Shown piece after piece: positions 1 to 10,146 of a stretch of DNA of 64,000 nucleotides (positions are counted from its first letter, which is position 1; every line of letters starts with the position of its first letter). A model generated the notes under the pieces. The model was not told the DNA's origin. It did no database searches and was given only the letters and a program-made list of their open reading frames with translations. Source of the stretch: a virus; the IMG/VR virus record IMGVR_UViG_3300042197_004918, positions 96,001-160,000 of that record. One strand, written 5' to 3'. The translations under genes were made by a program, and so were the position numbers.

Positions 1-2043
1 TATGGTTTTTGCTAGCTCAAGCCGACCACTTCCGTTTGTAAATGGGTTGGCGTTGAGATAATCGAACGTCGTAATGAAACGCCTTCCTACCACCGGCCCA
101 CGAGTTCCTGGGTCACCCTTGATTAGCACCGCCGAGTCAATTGCACGAGGTTTGTCACCGATTACCATTGCTCTTGCCGGAGTGAACGGGTGGTTAATCT
201 CGTGAGTTATTAGTTTCCCACGTTGCTGCCTAAGTTCGTTATCATATTGCATCGTTTTCTGATTACTACTATAGAACCTCGAAAACGAATCTCGGTCTAT
301 ATCAAGAGGTCCACCATTTTTAAAAATTGCTGATGAGAATGCTTCCAATCCAACTATATTCGTCGGTGTAGTATTCACGGCCAAGACGGCATTGTGATAT
401 GCGGATGCCAAATCTCTCATATTCTTTATCACGCCGATTTTCTTTATGTGAGACAGAAGGTATGGGTTAGTGTTTTCAGAATTCTCCGATAGGAATGTTG
501 CGAATTCATCTTTAAATTTACCGTCTTCCACGTTAAACATCGTTCCGAACGGTAGAAACACCGCCGACTTTGGATTTGTCGTGGCGGATTTCGTTCCTTT
601 TGGTGTGGATTGAACGGCCACGCCTGCGTCACTTGAAACCACCGTCAATTCCATTCCACCCCTCATATTAGGCGTCCGGACATTTATCATAGATGTCCAT
701 CGTTGAATCATCCTTACATTCAAGCCGGAATCTCGAATGTAATCCGTCCTATTTGAAGATGCTACGGAATTTAGAGCGTATCCACCGTATATGTTTTTGA
801 AAGTGTTTGTTCTAAATTCTGTCAGTGCCGCCAGATGCCGAGAGTTTATGAAACTTTCGATTTCTCCTTCTATCGTATTTCGTTTGTTTAGATAATCCTT
901 GTAACCACCCGTCTCTGATACCGGGTTCAGAAGAGGTTTTTCGGAATCACTTGGAAAATAGGAACTATTCATCACGCCATGTAGAGCGTAATAATCTTTT
1001 GTGCTTACGGGGTCGAACTTGTGGTCGTGACAACGGGCACAAACAACTGTCGTGGCCATAAACCCCTTAAATATTACATCTATTTGGTCGTCGATAATGT
1101 CATTGGCGTTTCCAGAGTTCTTACCGAGCGTCAAGAATCCAAGACCTGCCAAATCCGGCTTCTTGATGTCGTTCAATCTGTCTCCTGCTATCTGTTCCAG
1201 TATGAATCTATCAAAAGGTTTATTCTCATTAAAACTTCGGATTACATAGTCACGGTAGGTGTATGAATATGTGTAACGGGGCTCTCGGTTTCCATTCACC
1301 GTTCCAGTGGTGTCACTGTATCTTGCGGTGTCGAGCCAGTGGCGACCCCACCGTTCACCATACATGGGATTGTCTAAAAGTCTATCCACTAATTTAACGT
1401 AAGCATCCGGAGAAGAATCTTTAAGGAAGTTCTCAACCTCTTTTTCAGTCGGAGGCAATCCGATTAGGTCAAAATATGCTCTACGAATGAGGATTTTCTT
1501 GTCAGCTATCTGTGAAGGCATCAAATTTGTTTTGGATAGTTCCGAAAAAACAAAGTTGTCGATGGGATTGGCAATCCACTTGCTTTTTGAAGTCGGAGGC
1601 ACCGGCTTGATTGGTAATGGAGCATAGGCCCAATGTTTCTTTGCTTCCGCATTGACATCCACGGTTTTAATCTTATCAATTCTCGGATCAGCCGCTCCAC
1701 TCTTCACCCATGCCTCAAAATCAGAAATGATTTGCGGAGAGAGCTTTCCATCCGGAGGCATTTGAAGGTCTTTATCTGAATATCGTATCGCCTTGATTAA
1801 TAAACTCTGTTCCAAGTCATTAGGAACGACAGCAGGACCATTCTCCCCACCCTTTAGTGTGGATTCCTGATTGTCAAGTAAAAGTTGTCCCTTGGCCTTT
1901 TTGTGTTCAGCGGAGTGACACTTGTAACACTTCTCCACTAGAACGGGCCGAATCTTCTTTTCAAAGAAATCCGACTCGTCTTTGGTTATTCCGTTTACAG
2001 ATATTGCGCACAGAAGTGCGACGAACGTTAAAATTCTCTTCAT
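1..2043 (-). CDS. PVC-type cytochrome c (PSCyt1) + DUF1549 + DUF1553 protein, 3'-truncated by the window edge
   Basis: Absent from the ORF track because its stop lies outside the window. Manual translation from ATG 2043: signal peptide, FFEKKIRPVLVEKCYKCH (CxxCH), MPP..KL, HWAY, NPIDNFV, RRAYFDLIGLPPT, YGERWGRHWLDTARY, CARCHDHKFDP. Confidence 0.9.
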   Translation of the reverse strand, partial: MKRILTFVALLCAISVNGITKDESDFFEKKIRPVLVEKCYKCHSAEHKKAKGQLLLDNQESTLKGGENGPAVVPNDLEQSLLIKAIRYSDKDLQMPPDGKLSPQIISDFEAWVKSGAADPRIDKIKTVDVNAEAKKHWAYAPLPIKPVPPTSKSKWIANPIDNFVFSELSKTNLMPSQIADKKILIRRAYFDLIGLPPTEKEVENFLKDSSPDAYVKLVDRLLDNPMYGERWGRHWLDTARYSDTTGTVNGNREPRYTYSYTYRDYVIRSFNENKPFDRFILEQIAGDRLNDIKKPDLAGLGFLTLGKNSGNANDIIDDQIDVIFKGFMATTVVCARCHDHKFDPVSTKDYYALHGVMNSSYFPSDSEKPLLNPVSETGGYKDYLNKRNTIEGEIESFINSRHLAALTEFRTNTFKNIYGGYALNSVASSNRTDYIRDSGLNVRMIQRWTSMINVRTPNMRGGMELTVVSSDAGVAVQSTPKGTKSATTNPKSAVFLPFGTMFNVEDGKFKDEFATFLSENSENTNPYLLSHIKKIGVIKNMRDLASAYHNAVLAVNTTPTNIVGLEAFSSAIFKNGGPLDIDRDSFSRFYSSNQKTMQYDNELRQQRGKLITHEINHPFTPARAMVIGDKPRAIDSAVLIKGDPGTRGPVVGRRFITTFDYLNANPFTNGSGRLELAKTI

Positions 2044-2062
2044 ATTTTGTAACACCTTTAGT

Positions 2063-3451
2063 TTAGGCTATGACCGGCTTTGCAACTTCACCAAATACAT
2101 CGGTGAGTCTGAAATCTCTTCCATTGTATCGGTAATTGAGTTTTTTGTGGTCAAATCCAACGAGATGTAAAATTGTTGCGTGAAGGTCGTGAATAGACAT
2201 TTTATCGGTGACAACTTGAGCACCGAGTTCGTCAGTCTCACCATAAACCGTTCCGCCCTTGACGCCGCCACCAATAAGAACGGATGACATGGCTCTGTTC
2301 CAGTGACTTCTTCCGAATCCGTTAGGGCCACCAACACCGTCTCTTGATGGAGTTCTTCCAAATTCACCGGTCATCACGATAAGGGTCGAGTCGAGCAATC
2401 CACGGTCTTTTAAATCTTTGATTAAAGCAGCTATTGGACCATCAACTTGGTCAGCAGCATTCTTGAGAGAACGACTGATTCCATCATGGGTATCCCATCC
2501 GCCAGTCCAAACTTGAACGAAGCGAACGCCCTTTTCAACCAACCGTCTAGCAATCAACATTTGTTTGCCTTGGTTTCCGGTTCCATACGAATCTCTAACC
2601 GAGGCAGGTTCCTTGCTGATGTCGAATGCATCCGTGGCTTCGGTCTGCATCTTGAACGCCAATTCAAAGGATTGAATCCTTGCGTCGAACGCTTCATCTT
2701 TTTGAAAGTTTTGGCGATGGAGTTCGTTGAGAGCTGAAAGTGTATCCAACTGACTACGTTGTTCTTTCAATGATGCGTATTGACTCTTGATGTTTTGAAT
2801 CATTCGGTCAACTGAACCCAACGAGGTATCAATTGGTGTTCCTTGATACATACCGGGCAGAAACGCGCTTCCGAAGTTTTGTGTTCCTCCGGTGGGCATT
2901 CCACCACTACGTAGGCTTATGAAAGATGGGAGATTGTTGTTTCCACTACCCAAACCATAAACTACCCAAGCACCGAGGCTTGGTCGGACGAGCCGGAGAT
3001 TTCCGGTATTCATCAGTATCGTGGCTGTCTCGTGCGCCGGGACATCGGTTGTCATGCCACGGAGAACAGCAGCGTGGTCAATATATTGAGCGGTCTTACT
3101 GAAAACTTCACTTACTTCGATTCCACTCTTACCACTTTTGATAAATTTGAAAGGTGAACCACAGGCCAATCCATTTACACCCGGCATCGGCTGTCCGTCC
3201 ATTTCAACCAACTTTGGCTTCGGATCCCAAGTGTCAATGTGCGACTGACCACCGCTGAAAAATATATGAATGACGTGCTTGGCCTTAGCAGGAAAGTGTG
3301 TCGGTAGAGATTCTGCCGCACCAAGGGAATTTTCAAACAATGAAGCCGCTCCGAGCATTCCCATTCCCATTCCAAATCGTGAAAGGAACTGTCGCTTGGT
3401 CATAATTAAGTCGGTGGGCTTTACTTGGTCTTGGTTGCAGTATTCTTTCAT
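2063..3451 (-). CDS. DUF1501 family (sulfatase-like, Tat-like signal) protein
   Basis: KRQFL signal, AKAKHVIHIFFSGGQSHIDTWDPKP, ARRLVEKGVRFVQV, WDTH, GEFGRTP, DLHATILHLVG; usual partner of DUF1549/1553. Confidence 0.92.
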   Translation of the reverse strand: MKEYCNQDQVKPTDLIMTKRQFLSRFGMGMGMLGAASLFENSLGAAESLPTHFPAKAKHVIHIFFSGGQSHIDTWDPKPKLVEMDGQPMPGVNGLACGSPFKFIKSGKSGIEVSEVFSKTAQYIDHAAVLRGMTTDVPAHETATILMNTGNLRLVRPSLGAWVVYGLGSGNNNLPSFISLRSGGMPTGGTQNFGSAFLPGMYQGTPIDTSLGSVDRMIQNIKSQYASLKEQRSQLDTLSALNELHRQNFQKDEAFDARIQSFELAFKMQTEATDAFDISKEPASVRDSYGTGNQGKQMLIARRLVEKGVRFVQVWTGGWDTHDGISRSLKNAADQVDGPIAALIKDLKDRGLLDSTLIVMTGEFGRTPSRDGVGGPNGFGRSHWNRAMSSVLIGGGVKGGTVYGETDELGAQVVTDKMSIHDLHATILHLVGFDHKKLNYRYNGRDFRLTDVFGEVAKPVIA

Positions 3452-3504
3452 AAGTAGGGTGTATTAAATATAACTATCAATCAGTGTTCAAAACGTATCG
3501 AGAA

Positions 3505-3765
3505 TTAGTAACTCGTTTGACGTCTTAGAGTGAAGCCAAATCCTAACAATTTGACTGAAAATGCCCAATAATATTTTACTCCGTCATCAAACCTTGTATC
3601 TATATAAAGTATCTCGGTCGGAAAGGATATGGACGCTTGGGAACCTTTATCATCCTCAAATATACACTGACGTTTCTTGGTAAAGACAAATTCCGGGAAG
3701 TAATGGATGGTAAGTGTGAGATAATGGAAATCTCCCTGCCTTAATATATCCCAAGTTTTGTTCAT
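3505..3765 (-). CDS. hypothetical protein
   Basis: ORF; ATG overlaps the upstream stop. Confidence 0.55.
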   Translation of the reverse strand: MNKTWDILRQGDFHYLTLTIHYFPEFVFTKKRQCIFEDDKGSQASISFPTEILYIDTRFDDGVKYYWAFSVKLLGFGFTLRRQTSY

Positions 3766-4184
3766 TTTACTGTTGGTTTGAAACCACATAGGATTGCGCT
3801 CTCTTTACAGAGGGTCTTCATTAAGAATCCCCGTTTGCACATATCTCCGATTCCACCTGTGAGTTCACAAGTATCCAAGGAGAGGTCTTCATATTTTGAA
3901 ATCACGGCATTAACTTCTTTCCACACCTGTTCTTTGGCATCGCCATCAATTTTTACGTAAAATCTCAATCCACCAAACTTCTCTTTAATTTGTGTGGCCA
4001 CGACCTGACTTCCATACGCATCGGACCAACCTTGGAGTTCTTCACATAGGTTGTATATCAAATCATACCAACCATCATCACATGATATTCCGTATGCCAT
4101 ACAGGTGTGCTGCGGATTTCCATACATATCCACTAACAACTTCGGAAATCTTTCTCTGAGTTTTAATTCTAACGATTTAGTCAT
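3762..4184 (-). CDS. conserved phage hypothetical protein
   Basis: CDDGWYDLI...QIKEKFGGLRFY motif typical of large-phage proteins. Confidence 0.75.
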   Translation of the reverse strand: MTKSLELKLRERFPKLLVDMYGNPQHTCMAYGISCDDGWYDLIYNLCEELQGWSDAYGSQVVATQIKEKFGGLRFYVKIDGDAKEQVWKEVNAVISKYEDLSLDTCELTGGIGDMCKRGFLMKTLCKESAILCGFKPTVK

Positions 4185-4492
4185 ATTACGGTAGTATTTA
4201 GGTTTATGGAAACGATGTCAGACTTCTTTATAACAAGAGAATCGAATAAATTTACTAGGTCTTTATCCTCGGAAGTTTTAAGGCTTTCAACGACTCTCTT
4301 AATTTCTTCACAAAGTTCTTTTTTCAGTTGAATGAATTGTTCTCGGGTGACACAATCTTCTTTGGAAATATATTCGGATAATCTCCCATCAGTTGCTGAC
4401 CGGAATACTACTTTGACACCAACTGAACCAAAGCCCTTGGCTCTAGCCAGAATTTTTTCTACATCATCGTCTGCGTTTTTATACCACGGCAT
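4181..4492 (-). CDS. hypothetical protein
   Basis: ORF in tightly packed operon. Confidence 0.6.
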   Translation of the reverse strand: MPWYKNADDDVEKILARAKGFGSVGVKVVFRSATDGRLSEYISKEDCVTREQFIQLKKELCEEIKRVVESLKTSEDKDLVNLFDSLVIKKSDIVSINLNTTVI

Positions 4493-4496
4493 AATG

Positions 4497-4889
4497 TTAA
4501 ATTCCTTCTCCTTGAGCGGCCAAATCTGTTCTATGTTCGGCCCACTTCAAAATTTGTTCGTAAACTTTCATAAGATGGTCATAATCATAATCCTCTTCCG
4601 AGGCAATACGTCCAGGCAATGCCGGGTCGGTTTTGTATTTTGCCAATCTCACTAAATCATTCACATTTCCCGACCAATCCCAGTGGGGTTGATTCGGCCC
4701 CTCATCATCGGATATTCCTCCGCCGGTGATGGATGCCCATGTATCATAACATGAACAATGTCCGTATTTGGTCAAGGCGGCCCAATCTCCGACCACCACG
4801 GCGACCCAACCTGACTCGGAATAGTCACAGTCATCGTCCTGTGCGATTATGGATTTTTGAAATAAATCTCTTTGTCCTTTAGTTATCAT
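4497..4889 (-). CDS. hypothetical protein
   Basis: ORF with GHCSCY motif. Confidence 0.7.
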   Translation of the reverse strand: MITKGQRDLFQKSIIAQDDDCDYSESGWVAVVVGDWAALTKYGHCSCYDTWASITGGGISDDEGPNQPHWDWSGNVNDLVRLAKYKTDPALPGRIASEEDYDYDHLMKVYEQILKWAEHRTDLAAQGEGI

Positions 4890-4926
4890 TGGGATACTTT
4901 ACTTCACCTTTAATGAAGTGTCAATT

Positions 4927-5154
4927 CTAAAAACTATTCGGTTGTATTGTTTCTCCGTCTATTATAGGAAGTGGAATCGGATTCTCGCTCCAAAGAGAAC
5001 CGTTTTCATATTTTACTTGAAACCCGTATTCTTCGTTACTTGCATAAAATCCTCTGCCCATCTTTTCTACATGAAGAATACACGGCGTATGCTCGCCCAT
5101 ATCTGACCACCAATAATATCCCGCTTTAGTCGGAATCTTTTTTGTCATTTTCAT
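4927..5154 (-). CDS. hypothetical protein
   Basis: ORF with PTKAGYYWW phage-type motif. Confidence 0.6.
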   Translation of the reverse strand: MKMTKKIPTKAGYYWWSDMGEHTPCILHVEKMGRGFYASNEEYGFQVKYENGSLWSENPIPLPIIDGETIQPNSF

Positions 5155-5265
5155 AGTTTTTCTTACACTTTTTACACACACCGTCGAACCGTATATAATT
5201 GAATCTGAAAAACTTCTTTTCAGAGAGCATACATTTACACACTCTACACTTGATGCTTACTACGG

Positions 5266-5586
5266 TCATTTAATGCTTAGGATTACAATTGAAGTCACGC
5301 CCAGTAAAATTCCTACCCAGTCAAGGAGTTTAAGAGGTTCTTTAAAAATTCCACAGCCCACAAATAAACCGGCAAACACTGCTGCAACACCGAACAACAC
5401 CGCTCCCTTACCAATATCCATTCCTCTTTTTATACAAAACAACCACACAACGGATGTGACTACGTAACTTAGACATGAAAGTATTGCTAGGGTTAAACTG
5501 TTAGATTCTCCGAACTTTTTTGAAAAAAAGTCCCCGAAACCATACGCTAGTATCAAAATCATTCCGATTAAAAAGAAGTTAGTCAT
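5266..5586 (-). CDS. SMR/EamA-like 4-TM small transporter
   Basis: Four hydrophobic helices, C-terminal FKEPL..WVGILLG. Confidence 0.7.
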   Translation of the reverse strand: MTNFFLIGMILILAYGFGDFFSKKFGESNSLTLAILSCLSYVVTSVVWLFCIKRGMDIGKGAVLFGVAAVFAGLFVGCGIFKEPLKLLDWVGILLGVTSIVILSIK

Positions 5587-6001
5587 ATTTTTGAAAAATG
5601 TTTCCGATGACTTTTATGGAAGACCTAAAGTTATGGATTTGCTGACCAGCGAACTCAACCCCCACACCGTCAAATTTGTATCCTACTGGGAAAACCGCCC
5701 AGCCGCAGTAAAATTTAGACCATCGGACCTCTTGGTCCAGTCTGTATCCATCTTTGTCGTCCCAGTCTTCATATGAAGTAAATTCTACTATATCTCCCTC
5801 AAAAATAGGGTCGCCGTCCACATCATTCATTTCGGTGTATCTCTGAACAACGTAATCCGGGTCGTCGGTTCTTGTGAGAGATATTTCGTTGCCGGTGTGC
5901 AGCCATAGAAGATGGTGGCCGCACGCACCCAAGAATGGAATGTCTGAAAAATGTTGTGAGATTTTACACCAGACACGAATTTTGTTTTTTAGAGTCATCA
6001 T
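5579..6001 (-). CDS. YopX family protein
   Basis: KIRVW..QRYTEMND..IFEGDIV...VIGNIF. Confidence 0.8.
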   Translation of the reverse strand: MMTLKNKIRVWCKISQHFSDIPFLGACGHHLLWLHTGNEISLTRTDDPDYVVQRYTEMNDVDGDPIFEGDIVEFTSYEDWDDKDGYRLDQEVRWSKFYCGWAVFPVGYKFDGVGVEFAGQQIHNFRSSIKVIGNIFQKYD

Positions 6002-6013
6002 ATCAAGTATACC

Positions 6014-6268
6014 TTATCTGTATTTTAAACACAAGACTAAGTTTAATGCAGCCAGTGTAGTAAATATTATATTACTTACTAAAAAATGATAAGGAATCGG
6101 AACTGTTGTGACGGAAGATAGGCACGCGAAAATATTTCCAAATAAAGCGATAACACAAGAGGATGGATTTATATCTTTTGTACTCTTTGTTTTTAAAATT
6201 TGTAATATCTGCGGAACATTACACGTTATAAAACAAATTGTCATTAATAATACGAATATCTCTGTCAT
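6014..6268 (-). CDS. PQ-loop/SemiSWEET-like membrane protein
   Basis: VPQILQILKTKSTKDI, three TM helices. Confidence 0.75.
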   Translation of the reverse strand: MTEIFVLLMTICFITCNVPQILQILKTKSTKDINPSSCVIALFGNIFACLSSVTTVPIPYHFLVSNIIFTTLAALNLVLCLKYR

Positions 6269-6867
6269 TTTTCTTGAAAATAACTAGGTTTCAAATCATA
6301 AAACATCCACTCTTGACTCTGTGATTCGCTCCCAGAACCCTTTCCGTCCTTCCCACCTTTTTGACCGGGAAACCCTTTTCCATCTTTTTGTCCCTGACCG
6401 TCAGCAAAACCCTTCGTTAGAGTGCCTCTGACCATTTGCCCACGTTGGGTCCGTTTTATGACGCTTCGTTCTTCGCCCTTTGATAACTGTTCGTGTAGTT
6501 TTCGACTGTATGGTAATCCAAACAATCTAGGTTCACTATCCTTGACATTGTAACCAAAAAGGTTAAGAGTATATTCGTTATATTTTACGGTGGGCTGTTC
6601 TACTAAGAACCAGATTCCTCCTTGTTCGTTGTTAATTTGGTTTGGCTCTTTCACCACGACGGACCTAATACTTAATATCTCTGGCAAAGCCCTCGGCGGT
6701 GCTCCCCATCCAAGAAATGAAATCGTCGAATTGTAAAATGCCACGGTGAAGAATGAAAATCCCAAAATTAACAGAACTTTTAATTGCCACTTAACATTCG
6801 ATGACGCTAACACCCAGAAACTAAGTGAGAAAAGACAGAGGAGAAGAATGGATAATGAGACACTCAT
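6265..6867 (-). CDS. membrane protein (likely partner of the ExbB/ExbD-like pair)
   Basis: Two N-terminal TM helices, EPRLFGLPYSRKLHEQ, Gly-rich tail. Confidence 0.65.
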   Translation of the reverse strand: MSVSLSILLLCLFSLSFWVLASSNVKWQLKVLLILGFSFFTVAFYNSTISFLGWGAPPRALPEILSIRSVVVKEPNQINNEQGGIWFLVEQPTVKYNEYTLNLFGYNVKDSEPRLFGLPYSRKLHEQLSKGEERSVIKRTQRGQMVRGTLTKGFADGQGQKDGKGFPGQKGGKDGKGSGSESQSQEWMFYDLKPSYFQEK

Positions 6868-6868
6868 A

Positions 6869-7255
6869 TTAAGGTTTATCGAAAATATTTCCTACAACTT
6901 CATACCGCTTTATAGCACAAGTCAAGTGACCTATACAAATTTTGTAATCAATGTCAAACAAAATCCACGAACAGTCGCCCCAACGGATTTCTGCGTTTAT
7001 GATGTTCGACATATCGGATGCAAGGGGATATTTGATTATATCCCCTTCGTAAATTTCTTTTCCATTCTTGTCCTTCACCCCGGTGAATTGTTGAATCACG
7101 TATCTGATTTCATCAAGAACATACCCACCTTTAATATACCATTCCCCCGAGTTAGAGTATGTCAAATCAATATCGTCATAATCATTACCCGTCCACGGAA
7201 TTATAAAGTGGTTTTCCTTTTTATCCCAAACTCGTAGTTTTAATCTGTGACTCAT
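6869..7255 (-). CDS. YopX family protein
   Basis: KLRVWDK..QQFTGVKDKNGKEIYEGDII...EVVGNIF. Confidence 0.85.
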   Translation of the reverse strand: MSHRLKLRVWDKKENHFIIPWTGNDYDDIDLTYSNSGEWYIKGGYVLDEIRYVIQQFTGVKDKNGKEIYEGDIIKYPLASDMSNIINAEIRWGDCSWILFDIDYKICIGHLTCAIKRYEVVGNIFDKP

Positions 7256-7497
7256 ATATTTTTAAATCCGCAGTCGTGACAAATATACCCATCCCACGCC
7301 GACTCTCCGCACTGGGGACATTTTTCAAGTTCTATTTCTGGTTCCTCGTCAACGTTACATTCAACCGCAGGAGCCTTTAGAAACCCAACGATTTCTTCAA
7401 GAATAGTAACTAATTCCTTAGTATCGGTCGGTCTTTCAAAGGTGACGGACGTTCCGAGGATTTCTTCGTTGTTGAATTTGATGGAAATTCTGTTCAT
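7252..7497 (-). CDS. small zinc-ribbon protein
   Basis: CPQCG...CHDCG. Confidence 0.6.
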   Translation of the reverse strand: MNRISIKFNNEEILGTSVTFERPTDTKELVTILEEIVGFLKAPAVECNVDEEPEIELEKCPQCGESAWDGYICHDCGFKNI

Positions 7498-7554
7498 TTT
7501 TTGTGCAAGTAGTATTCGGAAACCGAGTCTGATTTTACTTCGTTAGAAAGGTAT

Positions 7555-7770
7555 CTAAATCCTCACCCAAAAGGTTTCGTATTCGTATTCGTATGTAGAA
7601 CTAAACCAATGTTTCTTTTTAGTTGGTCGTCTGCTACTTTCAATGGAACGATGTAATCCACCGTCAAAAAACCTTACCGTTCCCTCCACGATGGATTCTT
7701 TAGACCTCCACGGATATTCGTCTCCGCTTCTGGTATAAATTTCATCTAAGATTGAAGTTTTCATAAGCAT
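7555..7770 (-). CDS. hypothetical protein
   Basis: ORF in operon. Confidence 0.5.
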   Translation of the reverse strand: MLMKTSILDEIYTRSGDEYPWRSKESIVEGTVRFFDGGLHRSIESSRRPTKKKHWFSSTYEYEYETFWVRI

Positions 7771-7771
7771 T

Positions 7772-8359
7772 TCAGTTATCCTTCACGTTCTGCGCTACAA
7801 ATGATTGCATACTGTTTATGTTACTCACTTTTCCATCTTTGTCGAGTGTAAAACGAAAGAAAGTGGTTTCATCACCGGCAGTTATCATCATATTTGTCTT
7901 GACGATGACCTCTGCATGAGGTTTCATTTTGACCAACTTTATTATCACAGGAGTAGGAGTGGTATCTGTTTTCCGATAGACATGACAGTTAGCGATGTAT
8001 TCTCCCGGAGTGATTCCTCTAATGGCAATGACTTCTTGGTTGAAATCCAACTGTGTCCCTTGTTGATTTTGAGAATATCCGAGGTTATCATGGTTCAGAT
8101 TCATCAAAGAGCCGTCGCCGCCTTCTCTACGTTTGAATCCAACGATATGTCCCTCCGAGTCACTTGCCCATAAATCCATGTCGTCATTCGACTTAGAAGG
8201 CCACTCCATAACGAGAGTGTATGCGGCTTGAAATGATTGCGTAGGTGTAGAATCTTTAACTCTGTGATTCACCACAAGAATAATTGCCAAACAACATAGA
8301 AGAAGTGAAAATAACACGTCCAAAAATGGAGTCATTGATTGATTGGATTTGTATGTCAT
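7772..8359 (-). CDS. ExbD/TolR-like single-TM protein
   Basis: MTPFLDVLFSLL TM segment with the conserved Asp, then a beta-rich periplasmic domain. Confidence 0.65.
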   Translation of the reverse strand: MTYKSNQSMTPFLDVLFSLLLCCLAIILVVNHRVKDSTPTQSFQAAYTLVMEWPSKSNDDMDLWASDSEGHIVGFKRREGGDGSLMNLNHDNLGYSQNQQGTQLDFNQEVIAIRGITPGEYIANCHVYRKTDTTPTPVIIKLVKMKPHAEVIVKTNMMITAGDETTFFRFTLDKDGKVSNINSMQSFVAQNVKDN

Positions 8360-9054
8360 AATTTTGAAAGTTTTTCCGCGACATTCCCAAAGGTGTCCGT
8401 GACTATTTCCGACTTTTTAGATGAGAGGTAGTTTAAGAGATTGTTATGAGTCTCCGTGGAAACTGACATATTTCCTTCGCCTATTCCATGAAAGTATAAA
8501 ACCAGCCAGCCTCCGTCTCCGATAGCATTAACTCTATCAACTAAGTCACCCGCACGGGAGGCTTCCACGCCGGGTATCTCAAATCGTGTATTTCGGATGT
8601 GTTCCTTGGCATCGGAACCATACATTGTTCCACCACCAGCGAGTCTAGCAAATTTATGAAATTTCGATACAACGTGAATGTATGATGCCTCGAATTTTCC
8701 CATTGTCGTGATTCCACAGGGATATGCGAATGACGGGACGGAAGAACAACCAAGTTCCATTATGGCTTCGACGCCTCTGGATATTTCTCTTTCTATTCCA
8801 GACTCTCCCAATTCCTCAAAAGTGTTTCCTGACACCGCCCACCTAGCCTCCTTCGGACCGGGGTGAGAGAATGTGTGATTGGCGATTTCATGGTCGCTTT
8901 TCATCACATCTTTCCACCTTGATTCGTTTTTTCTGAAACCGGAAGTTCCCGTATTAACAAAAAACGTCCCTCTCAATTTTCGAGAACTTAGTTCCATAAC
9001 CGCCCTAAAATGGCTCTGTAATGCGTCGTCGTATGTTAGTGAAACGTAAGTCAT
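8356..9054 (-). CDS. polysaccharide deacetylase (NodB/CE4)
   Basis: SLTYDD, HEIANHTFSH, FAYPCG, LYFHG. Confidence 0.88.
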   Translation of the reverse strand: MTYVSLTYDDALQSHFRAVMELSSRKLRGTFFVNTGTSGFRKNESRWKDVMKSDHEIANHTFSHPGPKEARWAVSGNTFEELGESGIEREISRGVEAIMELGCSSVPSFAYPCGITTMGKFEASYIHVVSKFHKFARLAGGGTMYGSDAKEHIRNTRFEIPGVEASRAGDLVDRVNAIGDGGWLVLYFHGIGEGNMSVSTETHNNLLNYLSSKKSEIVTDTFGNVAEKLSKL

Positions 9055-9296
9055 AAGTCTTTTTCGGTCAATCTATTAACCGTGGATAGGATTGTTGATT
9101 TACATTCGTCATTATCAGCGGGCACCCAGTCTGGATGTCCATCACACAATTTCGCAGCTCTCAACATCCCTTCTTTAATTGCATCAATCTGAATCTGTTT
9201 GATAATAAACGAATACTCACTCTGCATCAACGGATAGCCATCTTGTCTATCAATCGCTGCTCCTATTTGTTTTGCCCAGTCTTCTGCGGGTTTCAT
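9051..9296 (-). CDS. hypothetical protein
   Basis: ORF from MKPAED. Confidence 0.55.
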   Translation of the reverse strand: MKPAEDWAKQIGAAIDRQDGYPLMQSEYSFIIKQIQIDAIKEGMLRAAKLCDGHPDWVPADNDECKSTILSTVNRLTEKDL

Positions 9297-9300
9297 AGAG

Positions 9301-9663
9301 TTATTGCCTTTCTGCCCAATCCCACGCCCAAATCCAAGCTCCGATTGTCGCCAAAAACCCAGCCAAATAGTGAAACGGTGTAGGAGACTCCTTGTATGCG
9401 TGCCATAGAGATGACAAAGCAAGGAAAGCAAGGAATAATACAACGATTAGAACGAAGCATCCGATGACCAACATTGTTCCGCTAGTAATAAGTTCGGCGA
9501 CAATTTTTCTCCAACTTTGTTTTTTTAGATATGCGAAGTAATTTTTCATATTATTTGTCAGTAGCTTAGTCCCTCTTAAAAAGTATCCATAGATCACTAA
9601 TCCGATATACAAAACCACAAGTGTTCCTATTGCTATAATAAATTCCAACATTTCATCACTCAT
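9301..9663 (-). CDS. membrane protein
   Basis: Three hydrophobic segments. Confidence 0.6.
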   Translation of the reverse strand: MSDEMLEFIIAIGTLVVLYIGLVIYGYFLRGTKLLTNNMKNYFAYLKKQSWRKIVAELITSGTMLVIGCFVLIVVLFLAFLALSSLWHAYKESPTPFHYLAGFLATIGAWIWAWDWAERQ

Positions 9664-9665
9664 AA

Positions 9666-10142
9666 TTAATCCTTCATCGAATACTCAGCAATAAACATCT
9701 GCAATCTGAGAATCAAATTTGCGACCATCCCGACAAGGGTAGGAATGAAAGCCGTGCTAAGACCATTCTTAATCGCGCCTATGAGAGAATTAACATCGCT
9801 GCCCATACCGAGGAACATCATAACGAGGCCGACGATGGTGGAGAGAAGCCCGAGGTCGAAACATATCTCCGAAGCGAATCTCACTAATCCTATCTCTTTT
9901 AAGATAACATCTTTTTCGGGATAATACGCAGAGGAACATCTATATGTTGCGTTCCACACATCAATTTCTTTTGATACTTTCCCCATTAAACACGCCGCTG
10001 CCGTGGCAACTGCAATGATGACGAATCCTAAATAAGAGCTGTCGTATTTAAGAAGCCCTGTGAATGCTCCGGCTTTTCCTGCGAAGTAACATCCGACTGT
10101 TGTAGATGCCATTATGATTGTCCAACGTGTGAATATTTTCAT
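9666..10142 (-). CDS. MotA/TolQ/ExbB proton-channel-like protein
   Basis: LGLLSTIVGLVMMF...GLSTAFIPTLVG. Confidence 0.75.
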   Translation of the reverse strand: MKIFTRWTIIMASTTVGCYFAGKAGAFTGLLKYDSSYLGFVIIAVATAAACLMGKVSKEIDVWNATYRCSSAYYPEKDVILKEIGLVRFASEICFDLGLLSTIVGLVMMFLGMGSDVNSLIGAIKNGLSTAFIPTLVGMVANLILRLQMFIAEYSMKD

Positions 10143-10146
10143 TATC

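Noticed and set aside
444-2170. Short ORFs in the track at 444-2170
   Set aside because: Shadows of the long minus-strand DUF1549/1553 gene, which the track missed because it runs off the window.
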